A stretch of DNA of 64,000 nt, taken from sequence record NC_133255.1; one strand, written 5' to 3'. The notes beneath the pieces are model-generated. The model was not told the DNA's origin and did not search any database. It saw only the letters and a program-made list of their open reading frames with translations. Origin of the DNA: Escherichia phage vB_EcoS-26175I. Made by a program: the position numbers and the translations under genes. Positions 32,731-41,325 of this stretch are shown piece after piece (position 1 is the first letter of the stretch; each line of letters opens with the position of its first letter).

Positions 32731-33147
32731 TTATTCACCTGCGGCCTGTTTTACTTCCTCCGCTACGCCTAACAATTGCGCTACGGCTTCCAGCGTTTCA
32801 AGTTTTGCACTTTCCAAACTTGCCAGATCATCGGCATCTTTAATAACGCCAGCATCAATGGCATGTTTAGCCATAACGCGCACATAGTGAGCTTTACGGA
32901 TTGAGCTACCGCCGCCAACTTTGCGAGGCTTGTCGCTTTTCTGATACGCTTTCGCGCTGGTCAGTTTAGAACGTACAGACACTGGACTAGCAGCGCCAAC
33001 GGCGGCGGCAATTTCTTTCAGGCCGTCACTGTTAGCAAATTCAATTCCGCTTTTAGCGACCATTTCAGAATACATAGAAACAGCTTTTTCGGTGTTTTCT
33101 TCGTTCCAAGAGAATTTTGCGGTTTTTTCGGTTTTAACGTTAGACAT
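32731..33147 (-). CDS. A2-like pre-early protein (putative)
   Basis: 138-aa ORF (GGAG RBS) immediately upstream of A1; assignment by size/synteny only. Confidence 0.45.
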   Translation of the reverse strand: MSNVKTEKTAKFSWNEENTEKAVSMYSEMVAKSGIEFANSDGLKEIAAAVGAASPVSVRSKLTSAKAYQKSDKPRKVGGGSSIRKAHYVRVMAKHAIDAGVIKDADDLASLESAKLETLEAVAQLLGVAEEVKQAAGE

Positions 33148-33454
33148 AGTTTAATACTCCATTCAATTATTAATTAAGGGATTATGATTAACTAAATGTT
33201 AATCGCTATATATTCTAATTAGATAATTAATATTACCGCTTTCGCTTAGACAATTAATTATTTAATACAGCTAGAATATATAACGGAAACATTTTATTTT
33301 TATTTCCTATTTAATGCCTTTTAGCGGCGACATTGTATATATACGCTGTCGATCTGATCACTATTACCCCATTCGACGGGAATCGTTAACGCTAGATTAT
33401 TCGAATCATCGTTATAGCCTGATTAAGCGTGATATGTTTAGTTACTACCGCTTA

Positions 33455-33706
33455 TTATGCGATAGCTTGCCATTTATCTTCCTTTTGAATGACCTTTACA
33501 ACGTCGCCAGATTTAACGCGAACGTTATAAATTGGCTTGCCGTTGTTACTGCGTTCCGTTTCAGCGTATACCGCTTCGATTTTATCGAAAGGAACAAGCG
33601 CCGCACCTTTAATACGTTCGGCTTTTCCGGTTAATTCATCCGTTTTAGTAACAAAAGGAATGAATACAGATTGACCTACTTTCGGCGCGGTAATAACGTT
33701 TTGCAT
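33455..33706 (-). CDS. hypothetical pre-early protein
   Basis: 83-aa ORF. Confidence 0.4.
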   Translation of the reverse strand: MQNVITAPKVGQSVFIPFVTKTDELTGKAERIKGAALVPFDKIEAVYAETERSNNGKPIYNVRVKSGDVVKVIQKEDKWQAIA

Positions 33707-33870
33707 TTTTAATACTCCGGTTTATTGGGGATTATTCCACAATAGCGCCTCGATACTTTGAAACGCTATTAGATTATAATCCGCTAGGAGTTAGCCTAAA
33801 CATTACCGTTATCCAAATTGTTAAAGAGCAGTTACTACGGGGAACATCTTAAAACCTATCGGCTAGCGTG

Positions 33871-34089
33871 TCAAGCGTTTTTTAAACTTTTTTCGATTTG
33901 ATGGGAGTTATATAAATCAATCATTATATTACGCCACACCATTTCCAGACCTTGCTGCTTGCCTTTCTTGTATTGCTTGAATCGGTATTTTACCGATCGT
34001 TGCGCTACTGTCAACAAATTTTTTGTTCTGCTATCTAATGCACTAGCAGGTTTCGCACTAATCACTAAAGCGTTTTTTGATTTGATCAT
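33871..34089 (-). CDS. hypothetical basic protein
   Basis: 72-aa ORF, Lys/Arg-rich; first minus-strand gene next to the divergent control region. Confidence 0.4.
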   Translation of the reverse strand: MIKSKNALVISAKPASALDSRTKNLLTVAQRSVKYRFKQYKKGKQQGLEMVWRNIMIDLYNSHQIEKSLKNA

Positions 34090-34465
34090 TATCGTCGATT
34101 CCTTATATTATATAAGTTTACCGCCGATAGGCTTTAAGATGTTCCCTAGTTTTTAAAGAGCGCGGCGGTAAACTTTCCCGCCGTGTAGTTCGTCATTGCC
34201 GCCCTACGTGATAAATAATAGGAGAATACCGAGAAGGGCGCAACCTTATTTTTGTAAAGAAACGTAAAGACAAACGCCACTGCACCACGTCCAGCGGCGC
34301 ACTAAATTTAATGAAACGGGCGCGCGAATAACACCAAAACAACCATTTTAGCAAGTAATTTTCTCATTTATATTTGCTTTGCCCTACTTGACAAAATCTA
34401 AAATCCTCGTGGTGAGGTTTTCTCGGTGTACCCCTTATGATTGCCTATCTTTTCCTTTGAGGCGC

Positions 34466-34492
34466 TTAGAATGCGTTACAGAGCGTTTTAGA
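34466..34492 (+). repeat. 27-bp direct repeat TTAGAATGCGTTACAGAGCGTTTTAGA (left copy)
   Basis: Identical 27-mer at 37806-37832; partial inverted copy near 34962 and partial direct copy near 38912. Confidence 0.9.
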
Positions 34493-34537
34493 CCCTGTTA
34501 ATAACTTATACAAAAAGCAAAAATGAAATTTAATGAG

Positions 34538-34546
34538 TTATCCACT
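34538..34546 (+). promoter_or_regulatory. DnaA-box-like 9-mer TTATCCACT (8/9)
   Basis: One mismatch to TTATCCACA. Confidence 0.4.
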
Positions 34547-34821
34547 TGATTTTTCAAAAAAGTATTTTCTGCTATTATTTTTCATTGACAAATAAGTTTA
34601 GACGTGCATTGATTGGTTAGCAGACTAACAATCGCTAGGATGATAATCACGCTGGTGGATTGTAACAGCTGAAACAGTTAGCAGACTATTAATACTCTAG
34701 AAACCTGTTAGCCAACTAACTATTTCATATTATATAATATACATATAAATTAATAAGAAATAATAACTATAAGAAACTATCAGCTAAGTGAGAACCACTA
34801 TCATTTAGGTTATTCACAAAG

Positions 34822-34830
34822 TTATCCACA
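34822..34830 (+). promoter_or_regulatory. DnaA box TTATCCACA
   Basis: Perfect match to the E. coli DnaA box consensus. Confidence 0.6.
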
Positions 34831-34870
34831 GCACAAAATAACTTGACGCAATAGGCGACGTTTTGGCGAC

Positions 34871-34879
34871 TTATCCACA
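34871..34879 (+). promoter_or_regulatory. DnaA box TTATCCACA
   Basis: Perfect consensus match, 40 bp from the previous box. Confidence 0.6.
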
Positions 34880-34899
34880 GACTTATATACAGGTTATCC

Positions 34900-34919
34900 T
34901 ACTGTATAAATATACAGGG
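34900..34919. promoter_or_regulatory. LexA (SOS) box-like palindrome TACTGTATAAATATACAGGG
   Basis: CTGT-N8-ACAG palindrome, core CTGTATAAATATACAG identical to right-hand copy at 37865-37880. Confidence 0.5.
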
Positions 34920-35166
34920 TAAATAGGTAGCAGTAACAACCGCAATCAAATTTAAGCGGCCTAGAACGCATTCTAAGCGATTTTCTCACTGCTACCCTTA
35001 TTATAATAAAGCCTTGTGTACGCTTACAGAGAGCTAGAAATAGAAAACGCGCGGTTATCATAAAAACAGGCAGTAGGCAAGGAATAAAAAACCTTTTCTT
35101 TTTTCTTGCCCCTAGCGAACAATTATCTATATCATTCACTCACCGATTAACGAGGGAGACAAAGAA

Positions 35167-36168
35167 ATGTCTACTGTAAGAATTGCAGTACCAGCAAACG
35201 CCACTATTATTAAGGGTAGTTTGCGCAACCTGCTAGACGGATCAAGTCCAGCAAGCCTACAACATACGGCGGCAATGGTTGAAAAGATTCACGATGATAT
35301 TTTAGATAATAATGATACTCATTATTGTTTAAGTGATTTCACACAACTACTAGACCCTACCCGCGTTCTAGTGCTTTACAACCGTGACTATCACATCATG
35401 CGAAATCAGCGGGGAAGCGATATTGATTTTATCATTGTAGGTCACGACGAAAAAAGCTATATTGCCCGTGGTTACAATGTACAAGAAAAGGAAATGGTTT
35501 TCGCTACTCGCGTAAATGGTATTAATTCCAGCGATGTAGAAGATTTACTATCTAGTATTTGGGGCGAATTGACAAGCGCCATTAAACGTGCTGATAGTGA
35601 CGCAATCGAAACAACTGGCGTATTGTGTTTTGAACGCGCTAGCGGTAACATGTTGATCCCTAACGATTATTTAGAGTATGGGAATGAATCAAACGTTGCA
35701 AACGCTGGATTTACACTTTTACCGCTTGACAATGTAACAAAACAGGCTGTAAGATCTAACACTCAAACTTCAAGCGCAAATGCGCAAACTACTGAAAATA
35801 AAGGAAATATTATGTCTAAAGTATCTTCTATCGTTGCTGCTAACAAATCTGCTGTTGTAAACGCTGCTAAACTGGAAGCGGGTAAAATTGCACTGACTCA
35901 AATCACAAAAGTAGCGGCGAAAAAAGCACCGTTTATGATTAAAGGGTATATTGATACGCCGATTGGTCGTGTAGTGATCGCTAACCTGCTGAGTGTAGCG
36001 GTTGACCAGTACGCCCCGACTAATGCGAAAGCGAAAGCGGTAGCAGGCGCGGCAATGGAAGCAGCAATGCTGGAAATGGTGCAGAGTTTCAATATTGCTG
36101 AAATGATCGATGAAATGGTAAAAGGCATTGACATTTCTACTTTTACCACTAACACCGAAAGCGAGTAA
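35167..36168 (+). CDS. hypothetical two-domain protein (first gene of plus-strand operon)
   Basis: 333-aa ORF, GGGAG RBS; N-terminal ~200 aa domain, Thr/Ser/Gln linker, Ala/Lys-rich C-terminal domain; no motif I recognise. Confidence 0.6.
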   Translation: MSTVRIAVPANATIIKGSLRNLLDGSSPASLQHTAAMVEKIHDDILDNNDTHYCLSDFTQLLDPTRVLVLYNRDYHIMRNQRGSDIDFIIVGHDEKSYIARGYNVQEKEMVFATRVNGINSSDVEDLLSSIWGELTSAIKRADSDAIETTGVLCFERASGNMLIPNDYLEYGNESNVANAGFTLLPLDNVTKQAVRSNTQTSSANAQTTENKGNIMSKVSSIVAANKSAVVNAAKLEAGKIALTQITKVAAKKAPFMIKGYIDTPIGRVVIANLLSVAVDQYAPTNAKAKAVAGAAMEAAMLEMVQSFNIAEMIDEMVKGIDISTFTTNTESE

Positions 36169-36194
36169 TAAATAGTCTAATGTAAAGTTTTGTA

Positions 36195-36223
36195 AAGGTC
36201 GCCCTAATCGGCGGCCTTTTTTG
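36195..36223 (+). terminator. putative rho-independent terminator/attenuator after first operon gene
   Basis: GC-rich hairpin followed by TTTTTT, then a TATAAT hexamer. Confidence 0.4.
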
Positions 36224-36287
36224 TTATAATGCCTTTACACCGAAACGGTGGACTGAAAATTTTCCCTAATTTCTAGGAGGCGTTAAA

Positions 36288-36437
36288 ATGGTTATTTTTC
36301 GATCTATTCTGGCTAGTATCTTGGGCGCTATTTTATCCTTGTTTGTAATAGCTTTCGGCGTTCACGTGGTTATTATTGGAGCAGGTATCGCGGGGTTTTC
36401 TTACTTGTTAGGCTGTATGACTGGTAAAGGGGAATAA
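36288..36437 (+). CDS. small membrane protein (49 aa)
   Basis: ATG with AGGAGG RBS; hydrophobic throughout (ILASILGAILSLFVIAFGVHVVIIGAGIAGF); below ORF-track size cutoff. Confidence 0.5.
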   Translation: MVIFRSILASILGAILSLFVIAFGVHVVIIGAGIAGFSYLLGCMTGKGE

Positions 36438-36439
36438 AA

Positions 36440-36652
36440 ATGTTAAAGAATGTTTCCCTTGCCCGTTCCAAAGGTTTTAAGCTGGTGGATGTTAACACGT
36501 TCGAGCGTCCAGATTGTAAAATCGAATATGTAGCACGCAACAAAAACGCTTTCCGTGTTACAGAAAAGAAATTTGACAAGCGCGGCAATTTGGTAGCCGA
36601 AACGGTCAAACACTTTGCCACCTTTTACGCTGCATTTCGTGGGGTATTATAA
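36440..36652 (+). CDS. hypothetical protein
   Basis: 70-aa ORF, basic. Confidence 0.45.
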   Translation: MLKNVSLARSKGFKLVDVNTFERPDCKIEYVARNKNAFRVTEKKFDKRGNLVAETVKHFATFYAAFRGVL

Positions 36653-36759
36653 TGGAAAGGGCAATTGTTAAAATGTTAACTTTTGTTTGTGGCGTGTCTA
36701 GTGCTACTCTGTTGATCACGCTAGTGATTATGATTATCCGTGACGCGAGGATCTTTTAA
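36652..36759 (+). CDS. small membrane protein (35 aa)
   Basis: Start overlaps upstream stop; single TM segment. Confidence 0.35.
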   Translation: MERAIVKMLTFVCGVSSATLLITLVIMIIRDARIF

Positions 36760-37103
36760 TGGTAATTTATGAGGGCAATCGTTTTGTTACTAATTGCCGT
36801 CCGGCATTATTAGCAAACTATTTAAATCAGCTTTCACCAGTTTATAAAGGCGTAGTTAATATCTATGAGGGCAAAGCACATTATAAGATTAATGCCATTG
36901 TTGCCCGTGAACTAGCGTTTCAATTTTTAACTTTCGGGTCTTGTGACGTTCAGGTTATGGGGGAAGCGTTAATAGCAGAAAATGAAAATGAATTTATCGA
37001 CATTTTCCGCAAAGTATATACAGAGCGCCTGATTATGAAAGGCGCGTATATTCAATCAACCGCTGAAAGTATCGAAACAGCGTTTCGAAAGGTGGCGCAA
37101 TGA
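36759..37103 (+). CDS. hypothetical protein
   Basis: 114-aa ORF; ATG overlaps previous stop. Confidence 0.5.
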   Translation: MVIYEGNRFVTNCRPALLANYLNQLSPVYKGVVNIYEGKAHYKINAIVARELAFQFLTFGSCDVQVMGEALIAENENEFIDIFRKVYTERLIMKGAYIQSTAESIETAFRKVAQ

Positions 37104-37285
37104 CTAGAAATGAAGCTGTTAAAGCTATGTTAGAAGGTAAAAAAGTAACTCATCGTTATTTTTCCATGCATGAATATTTATTCATGAAATATGAAGTGAT
37201 CACCACGGAGGATGGTTATAAATTTAATCATGAATTTTATAGCCGTGAAATGTTTAATGATGGCTGGCAGCTTTATTATGAATAG
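37100..37285 (+). CDS. hypothetical protein
   Basis: 61-aa ORF; ATGA overlap with upstream gene. Confidence 0.45.
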   Translation: MTRNEAVKAMLEGKKVTHRYFSMHEYLFMKYEVITTEDGYKFNHEFYSREMFNDGWQLYYE

Positions 37286-37415
37286 CTGGTGGCGTAAAAC
37301 GCAAAGTCACAAATCTAATAATACCGCTGGGAATGTTTCCCAGCGTTTACGATTTGGTAATGGCTTTACAATGATATTGATAATCATTCTCATTCTAGGA
37401 GCGATGGCGTTATGA
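37277..37415 (+). CDS. small membrane protein (46 aa)
   Basis: Internal start of ORF 37212..37415 overlapping upstream stop; C-terminal TM segment FTMILIIILILGAMAL. Confidence 0.35.
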
Positions 37416-37507
37416 GACTATATATTTTCGTGGGTAATATTAAGCCTGCTAATGATCCCAACGGTGGCGACAATATCCGCCGCTATTTTCAACAATACAT
37501 CTATTAA
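37412..37507 (+). CDS. small hypothetical protein (31 aa)
   Basis: ATGA start/stop overlap with upstream ORF; AGGAG 10 nt upstream. Confidence 0.3.
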   Translation: MRLYIFVGNIKPANDPNGGDNIRRYFQQYIY

Positions 37508-37522
37508 TAACGGGGCGTTACT

Positions 37523-37717
37523 ATGAGTGATAAAATTGTTATTCGTAAAACTAGTGTTACCGTGGATACATTCTATGTAGAAGATACAAAAGAAAACCGC
37601 GCAATTTGTGAGAATCAAGAGTATGACAAACTTATATATGATGAGTATGGTTACTACACTAATCTAGTAGATTCCTACGGTGAAAGCGTAGAGTTCTCCC
37701 ATCAAATACCGGACTAA
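37523..37717 (+). CDS. hypothetical acidic protein (last gene of plus-strand operon)
   Basis: 64-aa ORF followed by hairpin terminator. Confidence 0.45.
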   Translation: MSDKIVIRKTSVTVDTFYVEDTKENRAICENQEYDKLIYDEYGYYTNLVDSYGESVEFSHQIPD

Positions 37718-37723
37718 TAATAA

Positions 37724-37752
37724 CGGGGCGCAACTATCGGCCCCGCCTTTTC
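37724..37752 (+). terminator. rho-independent terminator ending plus-strand operon
   Basis: Hairpin CGGGGC-N10-GCCCCG followed by CCTTTTCT. Confidence 0.5.
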
Positions 37753-37805
37753 TGGCCTTCCTCAAATTTTCCCTTATTAAAATACCCCCTCCAAAAATAA
37801 ACGCG

Positions 37806-37832
37806 TTAGAATGCGTTACAGAGCGTTTTAGA
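37806..37832 (+). repeat. 27-bp direct repeat TTAGAATGCGTTACAGAGCGTTTTAGA (right copy)
   Basis: Identical to 34466-34492. Confidence 0.9.
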
Positions 37833-37862
37833 GCTATATTAGAGTTATTCACCACGCAGGAA

Positions 37863-37882
37863 TACTGTATAAATATACAGTA
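37863..37882. promoter_or_regulatory. LexA (SOS) box-like palindrome TACTGTATAAATATACAGTA
   Basis: 19/20 match to TACTGTATATATATACAGTA. Confidence 0.5.
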
Positions 37883-37890
37883 GAATAACC

Positions 37891-37911
37891 TGTTGATAAG
37901 TCTGTTGATAA
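37891..37911 (-). promoter_or_regulatory. two tandem DnaA-box-like 9-mers TGTTGATAA
   Basis: Each is one mismatch from TGTGGATAA (reverse complement of TTATCCACA); copies at 37891-37899 and 37903-37911. Confidence 0.4.
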
Positions 37912-37963
37912 CGCCTCAAAATCGCTAGGATTTTGTCAAGTCAAATCGTGCTGTTAATAAACC

Positions 37964-37972
37964 TGTGGATAA
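37964..37972 (-). promoter_or_regulatory. DnaA box (TGTGGATAA, reverse orientation)
   Basis: Perfect reverse-complement match to TTATCCACA. Confidence 0.6.
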
Positions 37973-38015
37973 CTTAAATAACAGTGTTTCTCACTTCCCT
38001 TTCTAAATGCAAATC

Positions 38016-38150
38016 ATTCTCATTATGCGACTCATTCGCATTCAACTCTGTAAATGATAACCATTCTCATTCCGCTTTCTAAACGCGAATCATTCTCATT
38101 CGCATTCAACTTCTCAAATGCGAATCAATCTCATTATCATTCGCATTTCG
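38016..38150. repeat. degenerate tandem repeats built from CATTCTCATT and CGCATTCAAC units
   Basis: At least five copies of (A)ATCATTCTCATT.CGC and three of TCGCATTCAAC(T)TCT within 135 bp. Confidence 0.7.
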
Positions 38151-38179
38151 GCAGGCAGGGCATTTTCATTTTTGCCCTG

Positions 38180-38790
38180 CGCTTTTGTGCAAATCCGACA
38201 TTTGCCCCCACGGATTACGTGCCAGCGTGCATGTGCGAATCCGACAATTTTTGGTAGTGTGCAAATCCGATGGGAAATATTTTTTATATGTGCGAATCCG
38301 ACAATGAATTTTCCTAAAAACTCCAGCAATCAACAACTGCGATGCAATCCAGCTGGATTTACTAGAATATGTGCAGATCCGACAAGTGTTAAGGTGTGCG
38401 AATCCGACAAGATTTTTGTGACTTCGATGAGAGGGTGTGTGATTGTGTGAGTTTGGGGAGAAGTGCGAATCCGATGAGATTTTGGGAGGAACTACGGAAG
38501 GAGCAGCGGTGTTGGTGCTTCAGCACCGGTTTGCTGCGTTTTTGGGGATAATGTGGGATGTTTTGGCTAGAATTGAGATTAGGGGAGATAAAGCGAAATT
38601 TTATTAGCAAAATGGGGCAGAATAGCTTGACAAGTGAAAATTCCTGTGGCTCTAAAAACTCAGGCAAATATGGGCCTTCGGCCCGAAATAATGCTGCTAT
38701 TTTCAGTGTTCCTAAAAACTTTGGAGACTCCTATCAATGTGCAAATCCGACCATAAATTTCTAGAAACATAATGTGCAAATCCGATAGCA
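38180..38790. repeat. iteron-like array: at least 9 copies of GTGCRAATCCGAYR with irregular spacing
   Basis: Copies near 38190, 38233, 38270, 38291, 38372, 38397, 38463, 38740, 38773, each followed by AT-rich tails. Confidence 0.8.
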
Positions 38791-38819
38791 ATTTCCAGAA
38801 ATGTGTTTTGGAAAAATGT

Positions 38820-38900
38820 CTTCTAGAAATAACCGCCCTCCCTATAACCGCCCTCTATAGGAAACCGCCCTAGGATATGTAACGTTGGAGAGAAACTGCC
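38820..38900. repeat. short direct repeats AACCGCCCT x3 plus AACTGCCCT
   Basis: aaccgccctccctataaccgccctctataggaaaccgccct...aactgccct. Confidence 0.7.
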
Positions 38901-39323
38901 CTAGAATGCGTGAGTTTTCCTAGAAACTTAGGAGTCTACTAGAAAGTGTTGTGCCATCCTAGCAGATGAGCGGCAACCGGTGTATCATCTTGAACGTTAA
39001 TTTATCTATTCAACAGTATTAGTTTTTATATAAGTATAAGATCCCCCAGGGTTCTCATATAGAGCTTTGCCCCCCGTCAGAAGGTCTCGTGATGTTTCTA
39101 GTAATCTTTACTAAATTACCTGTTGACTTGTCCTGTCGCTCCGTAACCTACGCTACAAGTCAGTAATTTAAGATTCCTGAACCACCACACCTTCTGTGTG
39201 GCAACTCTAAATGGTTAATTTTATTAACTCATAGAGTTATGATAACATACATTTAGTTATCTGTCAACGAGAGTTTGTATTTGAGTCTCGGTACAGGTAT
39301 TGTGCACCGAGACATGCAGGATC

Positions 39324-40211
39324 TTACAGTAACTCTTGGTATGCTTTTTGATACGCCTCAGTGTTAGTAGGTGTATCTTTTGCAATAGCTATTAATTCAT
39401 CTGTGATCTGAATATTTGTATTATAACGTGTGTGGAACTCGTCAGGAATTTCTAAATATCTATTGATGAATGCTGCAGCAAGCGGTGAAGCTATACCCAT
39501 TTCTAGAACCCATCCAACTTGTTTCTCAAACTTCAGATAAGGAGATTCTGTTTGAGTAGTAGAAGTTTTGGTTTCCTTGACTTCTTTAGTTGGTAGAATT
39601 GGATTTTCATAACGTGCTTCTTCTGGAATAGCAGATCTACGTTCTTTATAAATATAAGTTTCTAGATCCGATGCTTTAGACCCTGAGTACACTGCAAAGA
39701 CACTTGCTTTACCTTGTGATGCTCTAATTGGAAGATAACAATTTGGATAGCTTCTTAAGGCATCATGGAACGGGCTTCCAGAATATTGATAACGATCTCC
39801 ATATAAATCATCAATATTCATTCGTTCATCTTCAAAGATGTGGAATGCACTAAATGAAGGTAGCGTAAAATATTCTGTCTCTAGCGCACGAATTAAGAAA
39901 CGATGTGCATATGCACTAATCTTAATAACTGTGTAAGGTTTTTCTCCTTCTTTAAGAGCGTTACCCTTAGATGTAACTTGATAACGTTTCCCAAAGAACT
40001 CTACTAAACGTTTCTCATTTAACGAGAGCGTAGAGTATAAACGTCCATTCAGTCCTAGCAAAGTATCAAACATAAATGCTAGCTTATCTTTTTCTTCTTG
40101 GGTTAGTTCAGGGAACGGTAGGATCTTAGCATTTGGAATATTATTTGTTTCCTTAGCTTTTCCTTTGCCAGCATTTTGTCTCAGTTTGTCTTTAAAATTA
40201 TATGTACTCAT
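39324..40211 (-). CDS. hypothetical early protein (last gene of early transcription block)
   Basis: 295-aa ORF. Confidence 0.55.
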   Translation of the reverse strand: MSTYNFKDKLRQNAGKGKAKETNNIPNAKILPFPELTQEEKDKLAFMFDTLLGLNGRLYSTLSLNEKRLVEFFGKRYQVTSKGNALKEGEKPYTVIKISAYAHRFLIRALETEYFTLPSFSAFHIFEDERMNIDDLYGDRYQYSGSPFHDALRSYPNCYLPIRASQGKASVFAVYSGSKASDLETYIYKERRSAIPEEARYENPILPTKEVKETKTSTTQTESPYLKFEKQVGWVLEMGIASPLAAAFINRYLEIPDEFHTRYNTNIQITDELIAIAKDTPTNTEAYQKAYQELL

Positions 40212-40280
40212 TGTGTTTCCTTTTTAAGGTCAGATGACCTGCTTTTTATTTTAAAGCCTCCGTAGAGGCTTGTGTATTAG

Positions 40281-40529
40281 TTACTTTTTATTACGTGGTA
40301 TTACATCTACGCATACTAAACCTAACTGTTTGATAAGACCTGCTAGATAACAGTGATGCAAGATCGCTTCTTTTGGTATTTTACTTATTAACTCAATAAT
40401 AGTACGTAGATCTTGTTGATTAGCAAAGAAAACATGCCTGATTTCTTCTTTTAAGTAAATACCGAACGTATCAGTATTAACAAGTTTTATACTAAAATCT
40501 TCATGTTCATAGGAGAGTAGTATATCCAT
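40281..40529 (-). CDS. hypothetical protein
   Basis: 82-aa ORF. Confidence 0.45.
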   Translation of the reverse strand: MDILLSYEHEDFSIKLVNTDTFGIYLKEEIRHVFFANQQDLRTIIELISKIPKEAILHHCYLAGLIKQLGLVCVDVIPRNKK

Positions 40530-41140
40530 TAACGACCTCTAGCCTTATCTGCATCAATAGCTTCGAATACTTTCGTTAACATTTCTTCAAGCTCACCTTC
40601 TTTGCTAGGATTGCTCAAACGAATAGTATATGAGTTCCTAGAAACTCCGGAGTCTTCCTGTGCTCCGCGATCTTTAGCAAAGCTCATCATTGTAACGCCA
40701 GCTTTATTCCACTCGTCTACGCTAGACGCTTCCCCAAACTTATATGATTGCGTATTACTCACCACGCCACCACAAGGAATATTGTGCATATCCGACATTA
40801 ATCTTTTATCGGAGTTATTCAGCATTGCGATTGGTCCCGACTGCCACGGATCTCTAATAGTCACTGGAGTACTAGGGCGATTCACCTCAGTCTTCACGAG
40901 TTTGTACCCCGCATCGATCAGTGCATTAATCAGATTATCAGCCGGGATGCGAGCTGTGCCAAAGATAGCACGAGCATTCATGAGTTTAGCCTGAAATTCC
41001 TTGCAACCTTGAAGATCAGTGTGCAAAAACGACAGTTGCATAGATTTAAACTGTACTGTAGCAGTCAGATCTTTAAAGCTGTAATCCCATGTGTCGAGTT
41101 CATGATCTGCTACTACTTTAATGGTTTGTTGTGTAAACAT
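40529..41140 (-). CDS. hypothetical protein
   Basis: 203-aa ORF. Confidence 0.55.
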   Translation of the reverse strand: MFTQQTIKVVADHELDTWDYSFKDLTATVQFKSMQLSFLHTDLQGCKEFQAKLMNARAIFGTARIPADNLINALIDAGYKLVKTEVNRPSTPVTIRDPWQSGPIAMLNNSDKRLMSDMHNIPCGGVVSNTQSYKFGEASSVDEWNKAGVTMMSFAKDRGAQEDSGVSRNSYTIRLSNPSKEGELEEMLTKVFEAIDADKARGR

Positions 41141-41325
41141 TATTTATTCTCCAGTTTATCTAACAGCTTACGAGCTGCGATATTATGTTGTTTAAGTTCA
41201 CGATTGAGAATCTGGTTCTCACTAATTAATTCTAGATTCTTGGTATTAAGACTACTACAGCAAACCACTAATCCTAGAACTGCCACTAGAGACGCTACTA
41301 ATATAACGAGAAATAATATTTCCAT
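41140..41325 (-). CDS. small membrane protein
   Basis: 61-aa ORF, N-terminal TM helix, coiled C-terminus. Confidence 0.45.
   Translation of the reverse strand: MEILFLVILVASLVAVLGLVVCCSSLNTKNLELISENQILNRELKQHNIAARKLLDKLENK

Noticed and set aside
34100-35160. Chromosomal-type replication origin (oriC-like) based on DnaA boxes
   Set aside because: Only two or three perfect boxes, no obvious AT-rich 13-mer unwinding element array or GATC clustering; regulatory or titration sites seem more likely than a bona fide origin, though not excluded.
38180-38790. Possible CRISPR array (repeated GTGCRAATCCGAYR units)
   Set aside because: Units are only about 14 bp, degenerate and irregularly spaced (25-80 bp), with no cas genes nearby; this fits a protein-binding iteron array, not CRISPR.
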